64,000 nt of DNA from an uncultured Acidobacteriota bacterium (GTDB lineage Bacteria > Acidobacteriota > UBA6911), in contig CAWHCF010000043.1 in NCBI GenBank assembly GCA_963827655.1, forward strand, positions 1 to 64,000, given 5' to 3'. Below are positions 43,421-53,020 of this stretch, piece by piece. Positions within the stretch are counted from its first letter, which is position 1; each line of letters begins with the position of its first letter. The notes under the pieces were generated by a model that had not been told where the DNA came from, did not search any database, and worked only from the letters and a program-made list of their open reading frames with translations. Made by a program: the position numbers and the translations under genes.

Positions 43421-46015
43421 GTGGCCCTGGAGCAGCCAGATGTCGGACTTCCGGACGCCGACTGACATCGCGAACCGCGTGCCATCCGGGTGTAGGCTGA
43501 ATCCTTTGACGGTGGCCGTTCCCGGGATAGCCAGATCGAGTTGCTTTTGCTCTTTCCCGCTGGTGACCTCGATCAGCGCGACCACCCACTTCCGGCCACC
43601 GAGATTCCGCACCGCGTACAAGATCGACCCGTCTTTGGAAAACCCATAGGCCTCCGGGCGGTACGTTGTGAGCTGCCGAATTTCTCCGCCATGCGGTGAA
43701 ACCACGTGCAGGTTGCCCTCTTCGTTGCGGAAGCAAATCCAACGGTCGCTGGGAGACCATGGGTGTTCGCTGCCTGCGGTTGCTGCATCGGGAACCAGAA
43801 CGACCGGCGCTCCCCCGCCGAAGGGAACCTTCACCAATTCCCACTTGCCTGCTCGCAGACGCCGGTAGGCGATCCAGCTCCCATCCGGGGACCACGAAGG
43901 CCCGTGCTGGTCCTCGGTCTCGGAATCGAGTCGCACGGCCCTGCCGCCGGCGATGGGCGAGATCCAGATCGTGTGCTGCGACCCGTAGACATCGTACGCA
44001 ATCCTCTGGCCGTCCGGTGAGAAGACGGGCCTCTCCAGCCGATTCCAATCCGACGACTCCTGTGAATTCGCTGTGACCAACGGCCGAGCCCAACCCTCCT
44101 GCACGCTCCTCAACCACAGTTCGACCGTGCCGCCGGCGTTGGTTGAGTACACATATTGCCCGCCGGAAGGAGCCCAGGCGGGAAACTCCTCGTTGCGCGC
44201 CGTCGCGAGAAGGGGGCGCACGGGGTCTCCGTTCAACGGCGCTTCCACAAGATCGAACTCCAGACTACCTGAGGCGAATGCGATCTGGGTGCCGTCCGGC
44301 GAGACAGAGGGAAAATTCTCTTCGGAGGTGCTCGAAGTGACTCGCCGGATGGTGCTGTTTTCGGTATCGCCCATGTAAAGATGCGTGCCCGAGCCCCCGG
44401 GCATGTTCGCGCCGAAGACAATGTGACGGCTGTCGGGCATCCAAACCACACGCTGGATCGCCGCGGAGGTGTTCAAGGATGCCAACACCCGGCGGGGCGT
44501 TCCTGACGGATAGGGGAGAACCCAGAATTCGCCGGTCAGGCCTCCCGCGTCCCGGGACATCAACACGAGGATCTTCGAGCCGTCCGGCGCGAACTGGGGG
44601 GCGGCGGCACCCCCGGTGAACATTTCCGGAAACGGCGTCGCGCGATATTTTTGCGGCTGGGTGTCCTTATCGGTGGTGATCCAGAGACCCACGTTGCCCG
44701 TCATCCCACGCATGAAAGCCAGCACCTTCCCATTGGGCGAGACGCATCCAGCGTTGACGCGCTCCATCACCCGGTTCGCAGCGCCGCCGGCGACGCCGAC
44801 AGACCACAGATCCCCTCCCGCGTGATAGTAGATGTGAGTCCCGTCCGGCGACCAGAAAGGGTTGGTGCACGCCGAAGGGGAACTTGTAATTTGGGCAGGA
44901 GTAGGCGAATTCAGGTTCCGCACAAACACTTGTGTCACCCCGTCGATCGAGGCAACGTAGGCCAGGGCCTTGCCGTCCCGCGACCAGGCAGGCTGAGTCT
45001 CGACTTCTATTCCAGTCGCCACTGGGATGAAGCGGTAGGACGAAGGGTCCGGACCGCGGGCCGGAGTGAGCAGGTATGCCAGGAGAAAGCCGGCCGCGGC
45101 CGCCGCAGCCGCAATCCCGGCCGTCAGCGCTCCCCGGCGCGGGGCTGGCTGCGGCGCGATCTCTGCGGGTTCTTCCGCCGCATCCTCGAGCGCGATCCGG
45201 ACATCGTCAATAAGTTGAAACCGCCGGGCGGGATCTTTGCGGAGGCAGCGGGCGATGATCTTCTCCAAGTCGCGCGGCGACCCTTCAACAAGCTGGTTCA
45301 GCGGCTGCGGCTCCTTGTGCAGGATCGCCGCCAGAGTCGAAAGCGGTGACTCTCCCTCGAAGGCTCTTCGACCGGCGACCATCTCATAAAGTACAGCGCC
45401 GAAACTGAAGATGTCGCTGCGGCAGTCGATCTTCCTGCCCTCGGCTTGCTCGGGGGACATGTAGGCCACGGTGCCCAGGATGGCGCCTTCCGCGGTGCGG
45501 GCGTTCAGCGTCTCGGTGAGCGCCAGAGGGCCATCGTTCTCGCGCTCGGTGAGCTTGGCAAGACCGAAGTCGAGCACCTTGGCCCTGCCGTCCTCGGTGA
45601 TCATGACGTTGCCCGGCTTCAGATCGCGATGCACAATGCCGGCGGCGTGGGCTCGGCCCAGCGCATCCGCGATTTGAATGGCGCAGCGGATCGCTTCCGC
45701 CGGTGGAAGGCCGCGTCGCGCGATCACCTGGTGAAGCGTCCGTCCGGGGACGTACTCCATGACAATGCAACTGTGGACGCCGTCGTCCTCAATGTCGTAG
45801 ATCGTGACAATATTCGGGTGATTGAGTGCCGAAGCGGCTCGCGCCTCCTGGAAGAACCGCCGCTTGCGTTCAAAGTCAGAGACCTTGTCGGCAGGCAATA
45901 GCTTCAGGGCGACAAGGCGGTCCAGCCGTGTATCCCGGGCCTTGAAGACGACGCCCATCCCGCCTTCGCCGACCTTCTCCAAGATTTCGTAGTGGAATAG
46001 TGTCCGGCTGGTCAT
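43406..46015 (-). CDS. Hanks-type Ser/Thr kinase with TM and PD40/TolB-like propeller
   Basis: GEGGMGVV, VALK, HRDLKPGN, DFG, YMSPEQ; WSPDG/FSPDG repeats. Confidence 0.95.
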   Translation of the reverse strand: MTSRTLFHYEILEKVGEGGMGVVFKARDTRLDRLVALKLLPADKVSDFERKRRFFQEARAASALNHPNIVTIYDIEDDGVHSCIVMEYVPGRTLHQVIARRGLPPAEAIRCAIQIADALGRAHAAGIVHRDLKPGNVMITEDGRAKVLDFGLAKLTERENDGPLALTETLNARTAEGAILGTVAYMSPEQAEGRKIDCRSDIFSFGAVLYEMVAGRRAFEGESPLSTLAAILHKEPQPLNQLVEGSPRDLEKIIARCLRKDPARRFQLIDDVRIALEDAAEEPAEIAPQPAPRRGALTAGIAAAAAAAGFLLAYLLTPARGPDPSSYRFIPVATGIEVETQPAWSRDGKALAYVASIDGVTQVFVRNLNSPTPAQITSSPSACTNPFWSPDGTHIYYHAGGDLWSVGVAGGAANRVMERVNAGCVSPNGKVLAFMRGMTGNVGLWITTDKDTQPQKYRATPFPEMFTGGAAAPQFAPDGSKILVLMSRDAGGLTGEFWVLPYPSGTPRRVLASLNTSAAIQRVVWMPDSRHIVFGANMPGGSGTHLYMGDTENSTIRRVTSSTSEENFPSVSPDGTQIAFASGSLEFDLVEAPLNGDPVRPLLATARNEEFPAWAPSGGQYVYSTNAGGTVELWLRSVQEGWARPLVTANSQESSDWNRLERPVFSPDGQRIAYDVYGSQHTIWISPIAGGRAVRLDSETEDQHGPSWSPDGSWIAYRRLRAGKWELVKVPFGGGAPVVLVPDAATAGSEHPWSPSDRWICFRNEEGNLHVVSPHGGEIRQLTTYRPEAYGFSKDGSILYAVRNLGGRKWVVALIEVTSGKEQKQLDLAIPGTATVKGFSLHPDGTRFAMSVGVRKSDIWLLQGHAIDD

Positions 46016-46182
46016 GGCGCTCATTTCCGCCGGGGCATCCCCGCCCGGCGACGCTCGCCTTTCTCCAAGGTACAACCTGCGCCGCGCCCGCGGCAGACCA
46101 TTATCATTGGCTTCGGCCGCAAAGATCGATGATCACTAGTTATAAGGAACTGGGTGAGAATAAGGCGGTGCGGATTCGGATT

Positions 46183-47269
46183 TCAATGGAAATCTGACCT
46201 CGGAAATCTGACCTCGATTGACGATTGACGATTTACGATTGACGATTTATGTGGATCAGTGCTCTGGCGTTCACGATCTCCAATCGTCAATCGTAAATCG
46301 TCAATCGTCAATCGCCATCGATCGGTTGCGCGATAGCACTGATCGACGATTTCAACCGAACGATAGCCGTCTTCGGCCGTCACTCCCGGTGGTTCTTCCC
46401 CCAGAATCGCCGAGATGAAGTTGGCGTCTATGGCGGCATACCCCAACTTCTCTTCCCGGCTAAGAGCGACGAAAATCGCGAACCGAGGCCGGACGATTCA
46501 GTCCGGCTGAAAGAGTCACGCGATCCATTTCGGCGGTCTCGATCGTGAAGTAACGCCCGAAAATCTCCACCCTTTCGAAGGGAAAGGCCCAGGTCGCGTG
46601 GGCACAGGACGCAAACGTAAGCGAGATGCCGGAGTCGAATTGCAGCAGGAAGGAGAAGTTGTCCGGCTCGGAGTAGACTCGCCTGGCGGCATGCCCGCGC
46701 ACACTGGATACCTCGCCGAAGAACCAGCGTGCCAGGTCGAACAGATGCAGCGGGGTTTCATACAAATACCCGCCGGTGAGAGATGTGTTACCGACCCAGA
46801 CGGGAGATTCCAGCTCGCCCCGGTTCATCTTGAAATGAGCCAGAGTGGGCTCGAGGTCTCCGGCTTTTAGCCATTCTTTTACGGCTCTATAAGCCGGGGC
46901 GAACCGGCGGTTGTGGCCGACCTGCAGAATAGTCCTGGCGTCGGAAGCGAGGTGGCGCAGGCTGCGCGCGTCGGCGAGCGATGTGGCGAAAGGCTTTTCC
47001 AGAAAGACGTGTCGGCCGTGCTTGAGAGCGCGACTTGCCGCCTGCGCGTGGAGGGTATTGGGAACCGTGACGTAAACGGCATCACTCCGTTCGAACAGTT
47101 CCTCTTCGGTCTCGGCTAGCGCGCAGTCCAATTCTTTTGCCGCTTCCTGTCCCCGCTGCCGATCGACGTCGAACACCCCGGCCAGCTCAACCCGGCGATC
47201 GCGGCGCAAAATGTGAGCGTGCACCCGCCCCATAAACCCGCCGCCCAGAATACCTGCTCGTACCGGCAT
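46183..47269 (-). CDS. Gfo/Idh/MocA oxidoreductase; frameshift near 46465, C-terminus uncertain
   Basis: GGGFMG, EKPF, GHNRRF, HLFDL; continues LGYAAIDANF...TAEDGYRSVEIV in the second frame. Confidence 0.88.
46215..46315. repeat. Heptamer-armed hairpin element, copy 2
   Basis: (ATTKACG)n - GTGGATCAGTGCTCTGGCGT - 36-bp right arm identical to copy 1. Confidence 0.85.
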
Positions 47270-47276
47270 AGTCCCC

Positions 47277-48131
47277 TTAGTGTTTCTTCGTGTCTTTGGG
47301 TCCTGGTGGTATTGGTTTATTACTTTTTCGGTTTTGCTGGTTCAAGATATCCATCAGCCGCTTCGGATAGTCGGTCTGGATGTAATCAAAGCCCATTTCT
47401 ACGGCTCGCTCCAGATTCTCGATCGTGTCATCCGGACCGAGAACGTTCACGAAGGTAGCCACCTTCAAGTTGCGCGCCTCATTAACCATTTTCTGGTTCC
47501 AATTCCTCCAGTCGCTGCTGAAACACGCGGTAGGAAACTCTCGTTTGAGCATCTGCATCATGCCCGAGGCCTGGACCCAGTCTCCCATATCAATCAAGAC
47601 GCGGAACTGCGGGTCGACCGACAGAATCTGCTTCAGAGCCAGAAGCGTATAGGGACGGAATACCACCATCGAGTGCGCGCCCAGTTCCTTCACCAGCCGT
47701 GCAGCAGGAAAGGGGTTATCCTCCTTCATGTCCAGATAAAGCTGGATCTTGCCTCGCGCCAGATCGATGGCCTCGCGCAGGGTCGGAACTCTGGTTCCGA
47801 TGAACTCCCTTTTGAAATAGGTGCCCGCGTCGAGCCTCCGGATTTGGGCCAGATTCATATCGGAGACCCGCCCTGAGCCATTTGTCGTGCGTTCCAGGGT
47901 TCCGTCGTGCATCAGGATGACTTCGCCCTCCGAGGTGTAGCGCAGATCGATTTCGGCCATGGCGCAGCCGAGCTCGATCGCCTTTTGAACGGCCGGCAGC
48001 GTGTTCTCGGGAGCTTCCAGGACCACCCCTCGATGCGCAATAACTCCGGGCCGCCGATCGGGATCGTTTGTTGCGCAGCAAAGCGCTACAAAACCGAGAG
48101 CACATCCCAAACGCGTATAAAAAAATCGCAT
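47277..48131 (-). CDS. Glycerophosphodiester phosphodiesterase
   Basis: IAHRG, PENT, EIDL, HDGTLERTT, IQTDYP. Confidence 0.92.
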   Translation of the reverse strand: MRFFYTRLGCALGFVALCCATNDPDRRPGVIAHRGVVLEAPENTLPAVQKAIELGCAMAEIDLRYTSEGEVILMHDGTLERTTNGSGRVSDMNLAQIRRLDAGTYFKREFIGTRVPTLREAIDLARGKIQLYLDMKEDNPFPAARLVKELGAHSMVVFRPYTLLALKQILSVDPQFRVLIDMGDWVQASGMMQMLKREFPTACFSSDWRNWNQKMVNEARNLKVATFVNVLGPDDTIENLERAVEMGFDYIQTDYPKRLMDILNQQNRKSNKPIPPGPKDTKKH

Positions 48132-48253
48132 GCCTGCTCCTTTTCGAAGGAGGGAAATATCCGGGCCGCCCTGTCGTCGTGGTGGCTTTTGCTTCCCGCT
48201 GACGTCTTCCGCCTTGACAACCCTCACCAAACCCCAATATATACCGGTCGTAA

Positions 48254-49138
48254 ATGATCCGCCTCGCGCTCAACCCCGATACTACACCGCTTTCGATTTC
48301 AGATACGCTTGTATTCAAGTCGACTGCGGAACGCGTGCGGGAAGCAGCTCAAGCCGGATTCTCCGCAGTCAATGTCGATGAAGAAGATGGGCTCACGGCC
48401 GAAGACGCCCGCCAGATCTTGCAAGAGTACAGGATGGAACCTGCTTCCGGGTTCTTCCAAGGCGCTTTCTACCTCTCGGATGAGGAAGGCCGGATCTATG
48501 ACGCGGCAATCAGCAAGGCTGAATTTGCGCGGGCGCTGGGCCAGCGTTGCATCTTCGTCAGCGCGCTGGTTTCGCCGCCTGAACGACGGGCCATCGCGGG
48601 CCGCGTCGGGCCGGACCAACCGATCTCGCTCGACGATCGTCAGTTCGAACGGATGGCGCGCCTCCTCGAACGGATCGCTCGCCTGTGGAAAGATTATGAC
48701 ATCGAGCTTTGCTATCATCCCCACGCGGCCACCTATGTCGAAGCGCCGCACGAGATCGAACGCTTGATGGAAATGACGGAACCCTCTCTGGTGCGCTTCG
48801 GGCCCGACACGGGACACATCCTCTATGGCGGAGGAGATCCGGTCCCGCAGATCCGGCGCTACTTCTCACGGCTGGGAGCGATTCATCTCAAGGATGCGAG
48901 ACGAGCCATACTCGATCGGGCACGGGTGGAGAAACTCAATTACCGCGAGGCTTGCGCTCGCGGAGTGTGGACCGAGCTGGGAACCGGCGACGTCGATTTT
49001 CCGGCTTTGTTTCACTTGCTTCAACAGAACGCGTGGTCAGGCTGGGTGATCGTCGAGACCGACCACACACAACTCGGAACTGCCCTCGAAAGCTCCATGG
49101 TTTCGCGAAAGTACTTGAGAGAAGCGTTCGGCCTATAG
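48254..49138 (+). CDS. iolE: Inosose dehydratase-like TIM-barrel protein
   Basis: YHPH..TYVE, DTGH, HLKD, ELGTGDVDF, WVIVETD; first gene of the iol operon. Confidence 0.78.
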   Translation: MIRLALNPDTTPLSISDTLVFKSTAERVREAAQAGFSAVNVDEEDGLTAEDARQILQEYRMEPASGFFQGAFYLSDEEGRIYDAAISKAEFARALGQRCIFVSALVSPPERRAIAGRVGPDQPISLDDRQFERMARLLERIARLWKDYDIELCYHPHAATYVEAPHEIERLMEMTEPSLVRFGPDTGHILYGGGDPVPQIRRYFSRLGAIHLKDARRAILDRARVEKLNYREACARGVWTELGTGDVDFPALFHLLQQNAWSGWVIVETDHTQLGTALESSMVSRKYLREAFGL

Positions 49139-49151
49139 GGGAAATACTTGT

Positions 49152-49943
49152 ATGACCGTGTCGATAGTGCGAGGTGGTGCATCCAACGATTCCAACAGCG
49201 GCTATCAGCAGATCCTCTCTGCTGAACAAGAACCCCAGGTGGGGTTGACTTTCGGCGTTTGGCGACTGGAACCTGGAAGAGCAGCCACCCTGGTAGCGCG
49301 CGACTCAGAAATCGCCGCACTGGTTTTTTCGGGCTCAGGGTCGCTGGCAGTGAATGGCCATGTCATTGACTTCGACCGGCGCGAGTGGATCGAGACTGCC
49401 CCTACCGTGGTCCACTGCTGCGCCGGCGATTCCATTGAGGCCGCCAGCCGTGGTGATCAGACAGCGGAGATTTTCGTGGTTCAGGCTACGAACCCGAACC
49501 GCTTCGCTCCCCGCTTCTATCGCGCCGGCGACGTTCAAATCGAACATCGCGGCCAGGGGATCCTGCAGGACACGTGCCATCGCATCGTCCGGCTTGTCTT
49601 CGACGATACCAACGGTCCGCCGGAAAGCAAGCTCGTGCTGGGTGAAGTGGTTAACTTTGCGGGTCGATGGAGCTCCTATCCACCTCACTCGCACCCGCAA
49701 CCAGAGATCTATTACTACCGATTCAGTCCGTCGAATGGATACGGACACGGCGAGTTGGGTGATGACGTCTTCAAGATTCAGAGCGGAGACCTGCTGGCAA
49801 TCACGAAAAACCGATCGCATTGTCAGGTGAGCGCGCCCGGATACAACATGTACTATCTTTGGGCCGTCCGGCACCTGGACGGGAACCGCTACCGAGGATT
49901 CGAATTCGATCCTCAGCACGCCTGGACTCTCAATCAAAAATGA
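49152..49943 (+). CDS. iolB: 5-deoxy-glucuronate isomerase
   Basis: GRWSSYPPHSHPQPEIYYY, PGYNMYYLW. Confidence 0.88.
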   Translation: MTVSIVRGGASNDSNSGYQQILSAEQEPQVGLTFGVWRLEPGRAATLVARDSEIAALVFSGSGSLAVNGHVIDFDRREWIETAPTVVHCCAGDSIEAASRGDQTAEIFVVQATNPNRFAPRFYRAGDVQIEHRGQGILQDTCHRIVRLVFDDTNGPPESKLVLGEVVNFAGRWSSYPPHSHPQPEIYYYRFSPSNGYGHGELGDDVFKIQSGDLLAITKNRSHCQVSAPGYNMYYLWAVRHLDGNRYRGFEFDPQHAWTLNQK

Positions 49944-50013
49944 AGTCGATTGGCCGCGTCTTCGGATCAGAATCCGCCAAGACGCCGGGCCTCAAGTTGG
50001 AAAGGAGCACGCC

Positions 50014-51912
50014 ATGAAAGAACAACTCGACGCCGATGCCGTGGTTGCGGAATCCGCGAGCCCAATGCCGCTTCAGCGCATGACCGGAGGACAGGCCATC
50101 GTGCGTTATCTCGTCCACGAGGGGGTTTCTCACATCCTCGGAATCTTTGGCCACGGGAATGTTCAGCTCGGAGAGGCCATCGCCCAATCGCGCGACAAGA
50201 TCACGTACATACTGGTCAAGAACGAACAGAGCGCCGTGCATATTGCGGCCGCCTACGCCAAGTTGACCGGGAGACCGCTGGCTGTAACCACCTCGGTCGG
50301 ACCGGGCGCGACCAACATGGTGACCGGCGCGGCTGCCGCCAAAATCAACCGCCTGCCGGTGATTCTCTTGCCGGGCGAGGTTTTTGCGGACGGAGTCGGA
50401 CCCGTGTTGCAGCAACTGGAATCGGTGCAGGACGAGACCGTGAACTCCGCCTTGAAGCCGGTAAGCAAATACTGGTCGCGCGTGACCCGCGTCGAGCAGC
50501 TCCGCCGGAAGATGAGAGAAGCCTTCGATGCAATGCTGGAGCCCGGGAGCGAAGGTCCCGCCGTGCTCTGCCTTCCCATGGACGTGCAGGCGGAGTCGGC
50601 CGAATTCGATACCTCGCTCTATCTGGCGCCGGTCGACCGGGTCTATCCCCGGATCTGCGAAGCGCCGGAGAAAATCTCACAGGCGGCGGATCGCATCCTG
50701 GCGGCTCGTCGTCCGGTGATCATCGCCGGCGGCGGCGTGCTGCGGAGCGGCGCCCAGCGGCAGCTCGTGCTTTTCGCCGAACGGATAGGGGCGCCGGTCG
50801 TGTCGACGCAGGCCGGCATTGGAGCGATTCTGCATGATCACCCCCTCAACCTGTATTCAGCCGGACCCACCGGGACTTCGTGCGGCACCGCCATGGTGCA
50901 GCAGGCGGATCTTGTGATTGGAGTGGGCACGCGCTACAGCGATTTTACCACCAGCAATGAAACGCTCTGGGGCGCGCGTCCCGAGTTTATCAACATCAAT
51001 ATCTGCCACTTCGATGTGTCGAAGCAGCGCAGCTTCAAGCTCTGGGGGGATGCGCGCCGCACGTTGGAGGCCCTGTTGGAGGAGCTGGAAGGACGCCCCC
51101 CGGCTTTCAGGTCAAAGGGAAGCGGAACCGGATATTCCAATACCAGCGACTATTTCCACGAGATTCAGCGCTCGCTGGCCGAGTGGATGAAAATCGCCGA
51201 AAGCTGGTTATCCCGTGACCGCGTACCGATCGACCAGACCGCGGCAATCGATGTCATTAATCGCCATGTAAACCATGATTCAGTGGTCATAAACGCGGCC
51301 GGGAGCCTTCCCGGAGACCTGCATCGCTTGTGGAAGAATAAAGACCCGGAAGGCAAAGGGTATCTCATGGAGTATGGCTATTCCACGATGGGATTCGAAA
51401 TCGCCGCCGGACTTGGCGCCCGGCTTGCCATGCCACAGCGCGAGGTAATTGTAATGGTGGGAGACTCATCTTTCCTGATGGCCAGTCAGGAACTGGTGAC
51501 TGGGGTGCAGCAGCGGCTGGCGTTCACCGTGGTTGTCTTCGACAATCATGGCAATCAGAGCATTCGTCACCTCCAGCAAGGAAGCGGTTTCGAGGATTTC
51601 GCAATGGAGTTCGATCTGGCCGGCCGTCCCGGCTCGGAGTTTGTTCCCGTAGACTATTACCTGATGGCGCGGGGCATGGGGTGTCATGCTCTGCGCGCCA
51701 ACAGCCGCGATGGTCTGAAACAGGCTCTCGAAGAGGCGCGCACGGTCCGCGACCGGCCGACCGTGATTCATCTGGAATCCGAGAAAGACGATTTGATGGG
51801 TGGATATGGCGGGTGGTGGGATGTGCCCCAGCCGGAACTCGACCGCGAAGGCAAATTCAGGGAACGGCGGCGGCTCTACGAGGAACAGAAGAAAAAGCAG
51901 ATCATCCGCTAA
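50014..51912 (+). CDS. iolD: ThDP-dependent trihydroxycyclohexanedione acylhydrolase
   Basis: GIFGHGNV, NEQ, SVGPGATNMVT, AAGSLPGDLH, EYGYSTMGFEI, GDSSFLM. Confidence 0.92.
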   Translation: MKEQLDADAVVAESASPMPLQRMTGGQAIVRYLVHEGVSHILGIFGHGNVQLGEAIAQSRDKITYILVKNEQSAVHIAAAYAKLTGRPLAVTTSVGPGATNMVTGAAAAKINRLPVILLPGEVFADGVGPVLQQLESVQDETVNSALKPVSKYWSRVTRVEQLRRKMREAFDAMLEPGSEGPAVLCLPMDVQAESAEFDTSLYLAPVDRVYPRICEAPEKISQAADRILAARRPVIIAGGGVLRSGAQRQLVLFAERIGAPVVSTQAGIGAILHDHPLNLYSAGPTGTSCGTAMVQQADLVIGVGTRYSDFTTSNETLWGARPEFININICHFDVSKQRSFKLWGDARRTLEALLEELEGRPPAFRSKGSGTGYSNTSDYFHEIQRSLAEWMKIAESWLSRDRVPIDQTAAIDVINRHVNHDSVVINAAGSLPGDLHRLWKNKDPEGKGYLMEYGYSTMGFEIAAGLGARLAMPQREVIVMVGDSSFLMASQELVTGVQQRLAFTVVVFDNHGNQSIRHLQQGSGFEDFAMEFDLAGRPGSEFVPVDYYLMARGMGCHALRANSRDGLKQALEEARTVRDRPTVIHLESEKDDLMGGYGGWWDVPQPELDREGKFRERRRLYEEQKKKQIIR

Positions 51913-51915
51913 CCG

Positions 51916-51947
51916 ATTGCGGATTGCAGATTGCGGATTGCGGATTG
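51916..51947. repeat. Heptamer tract (GATTGCG)x~4.5
   Basis: GATTGCGGATTGCAGATTGCGGATTGCGGATTG between iolD and iolG. Confidence 0.85.
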
Positions 51948-51953
51948 AACAAC

Positions 51954-52973
51954 GTGAAGCAACACGGATTGCGAGTTGGCATCGTCGGTCTGGGGCGAAT
52001 GGGAAAGCTCCACCTGGCCAACTTGATCCACATGACCGACCGTGTGGAGGCAATTGCAGCTTGCGACTCCTGGTCAGGGGCTCGCGATGAGATTGCGGCC
52101 CGGTATGCCGTCAGTGTGTACGATGATTTCGCCACGATGATAGAGCGGGAGAAGCCCGATGCCGTCGTCATAGCGACGACACCACCCAGCCATCCTTTTC
52201 TGATCAAGGAGGCCGCCGGGCGCGGGATCCACATTCTCTGCGAAAAACCATTGGCCCTGTCGCTGCAGGACGCTTGCCAGGCGGCAGACGCGATAACCAG
52301 AGCCGAAGTTTTGTTTCAGATCGCCTTCCAGCGGCGTTTTGACCGAGCCTATCAGAAAGCGCATGAAAGAATCGCCACCGGCCAGATCGGCGATCCTATC
52401 ACCTTCAAGGCCGTGGCGCGCGATGCCGGGGAACCCAGTATCGAGTTTGCCCGTCCCGAAGTCAGTGGCGGCTTGCTGCTCGACATGGCGATTCACGACT
52501 TCGATCTGGCGCGCTGGCTTATGAACAGCGAGGTCACGCGAGTCTCGAGCGAGGGGAGCAATTTACTCTATCCTAAGCTGGCCGGCGTCGGAGACATCGA
52601 TAATGCGGTGGTGAATCTGACTTTCGCCTCCGGCGCGATCGGAAACATTGAAGCCTCGCGGACTGGAACTTACGGGTACGATATCCGCACCGAGATCGTG
52701 GGTACGAACGGAGCGGTCTATATCGGCGGCATCGAACAATCGAGTCTTGTGACGGCGCGCCGGGACGTCTTCACCCGCGATGCTGTATCGGGTTTTGAAG
52801 AGAGATTCCATGGCGCGTATCAGCGCGAGTTGAGCGCATTCCTCGACTGCGTCATAAAACAGCGCTCTCCCGAGATCGGCATCACGGAAGGACTCCGCTC
52901 GCTCGAAATCGCGCTGGCAGCGACCGAGTCACTGCGCACCGGGACGCCGGTGACCGTGCGACAAGATTCTTAG
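51954..52973 (+). CDS. iolG: Inositol 2-dehydrogenase
   Basis: GLGRMG, CEKP, FQRRFD, DMAIHDFDLARW, YGYDIRTE. Confidence 0.85.
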   Translation: MKQHGLRVGIVGLGRMGKLHLANLIHMTDRVEAIAACDSWSGARDEIAARYAVSVYDDFATMIEREKPDAVVIATTPPSHPFLIKEAAGRGIHILCEKPLALSLQDACQAADAITRAEVLFQIAFQRRFDRAYQKAHERIATGQIGDPITFKAVARDAGEPSIEFARPEVSGGLLLDMAIHDFDLARWLMNSEVTRVSSEGSNLLYPKLAGVGDIDNAVVNLTFASGAIGNIEASRTGTYGYDIRTEIVGTNGAVYIGGIEQSSLVTARRDVFTRDAVSGFEERFHGAYQRELSAFLDCVIKQRSPEIGITEGLRSLEIALAATESLRTGTPVTVRQDS

Positions 52974-53020
52974 TGTTTCTTCGTGTCTTCGGTCTTAGTG
53001 GTATTCGTTGGAGTGTGATC

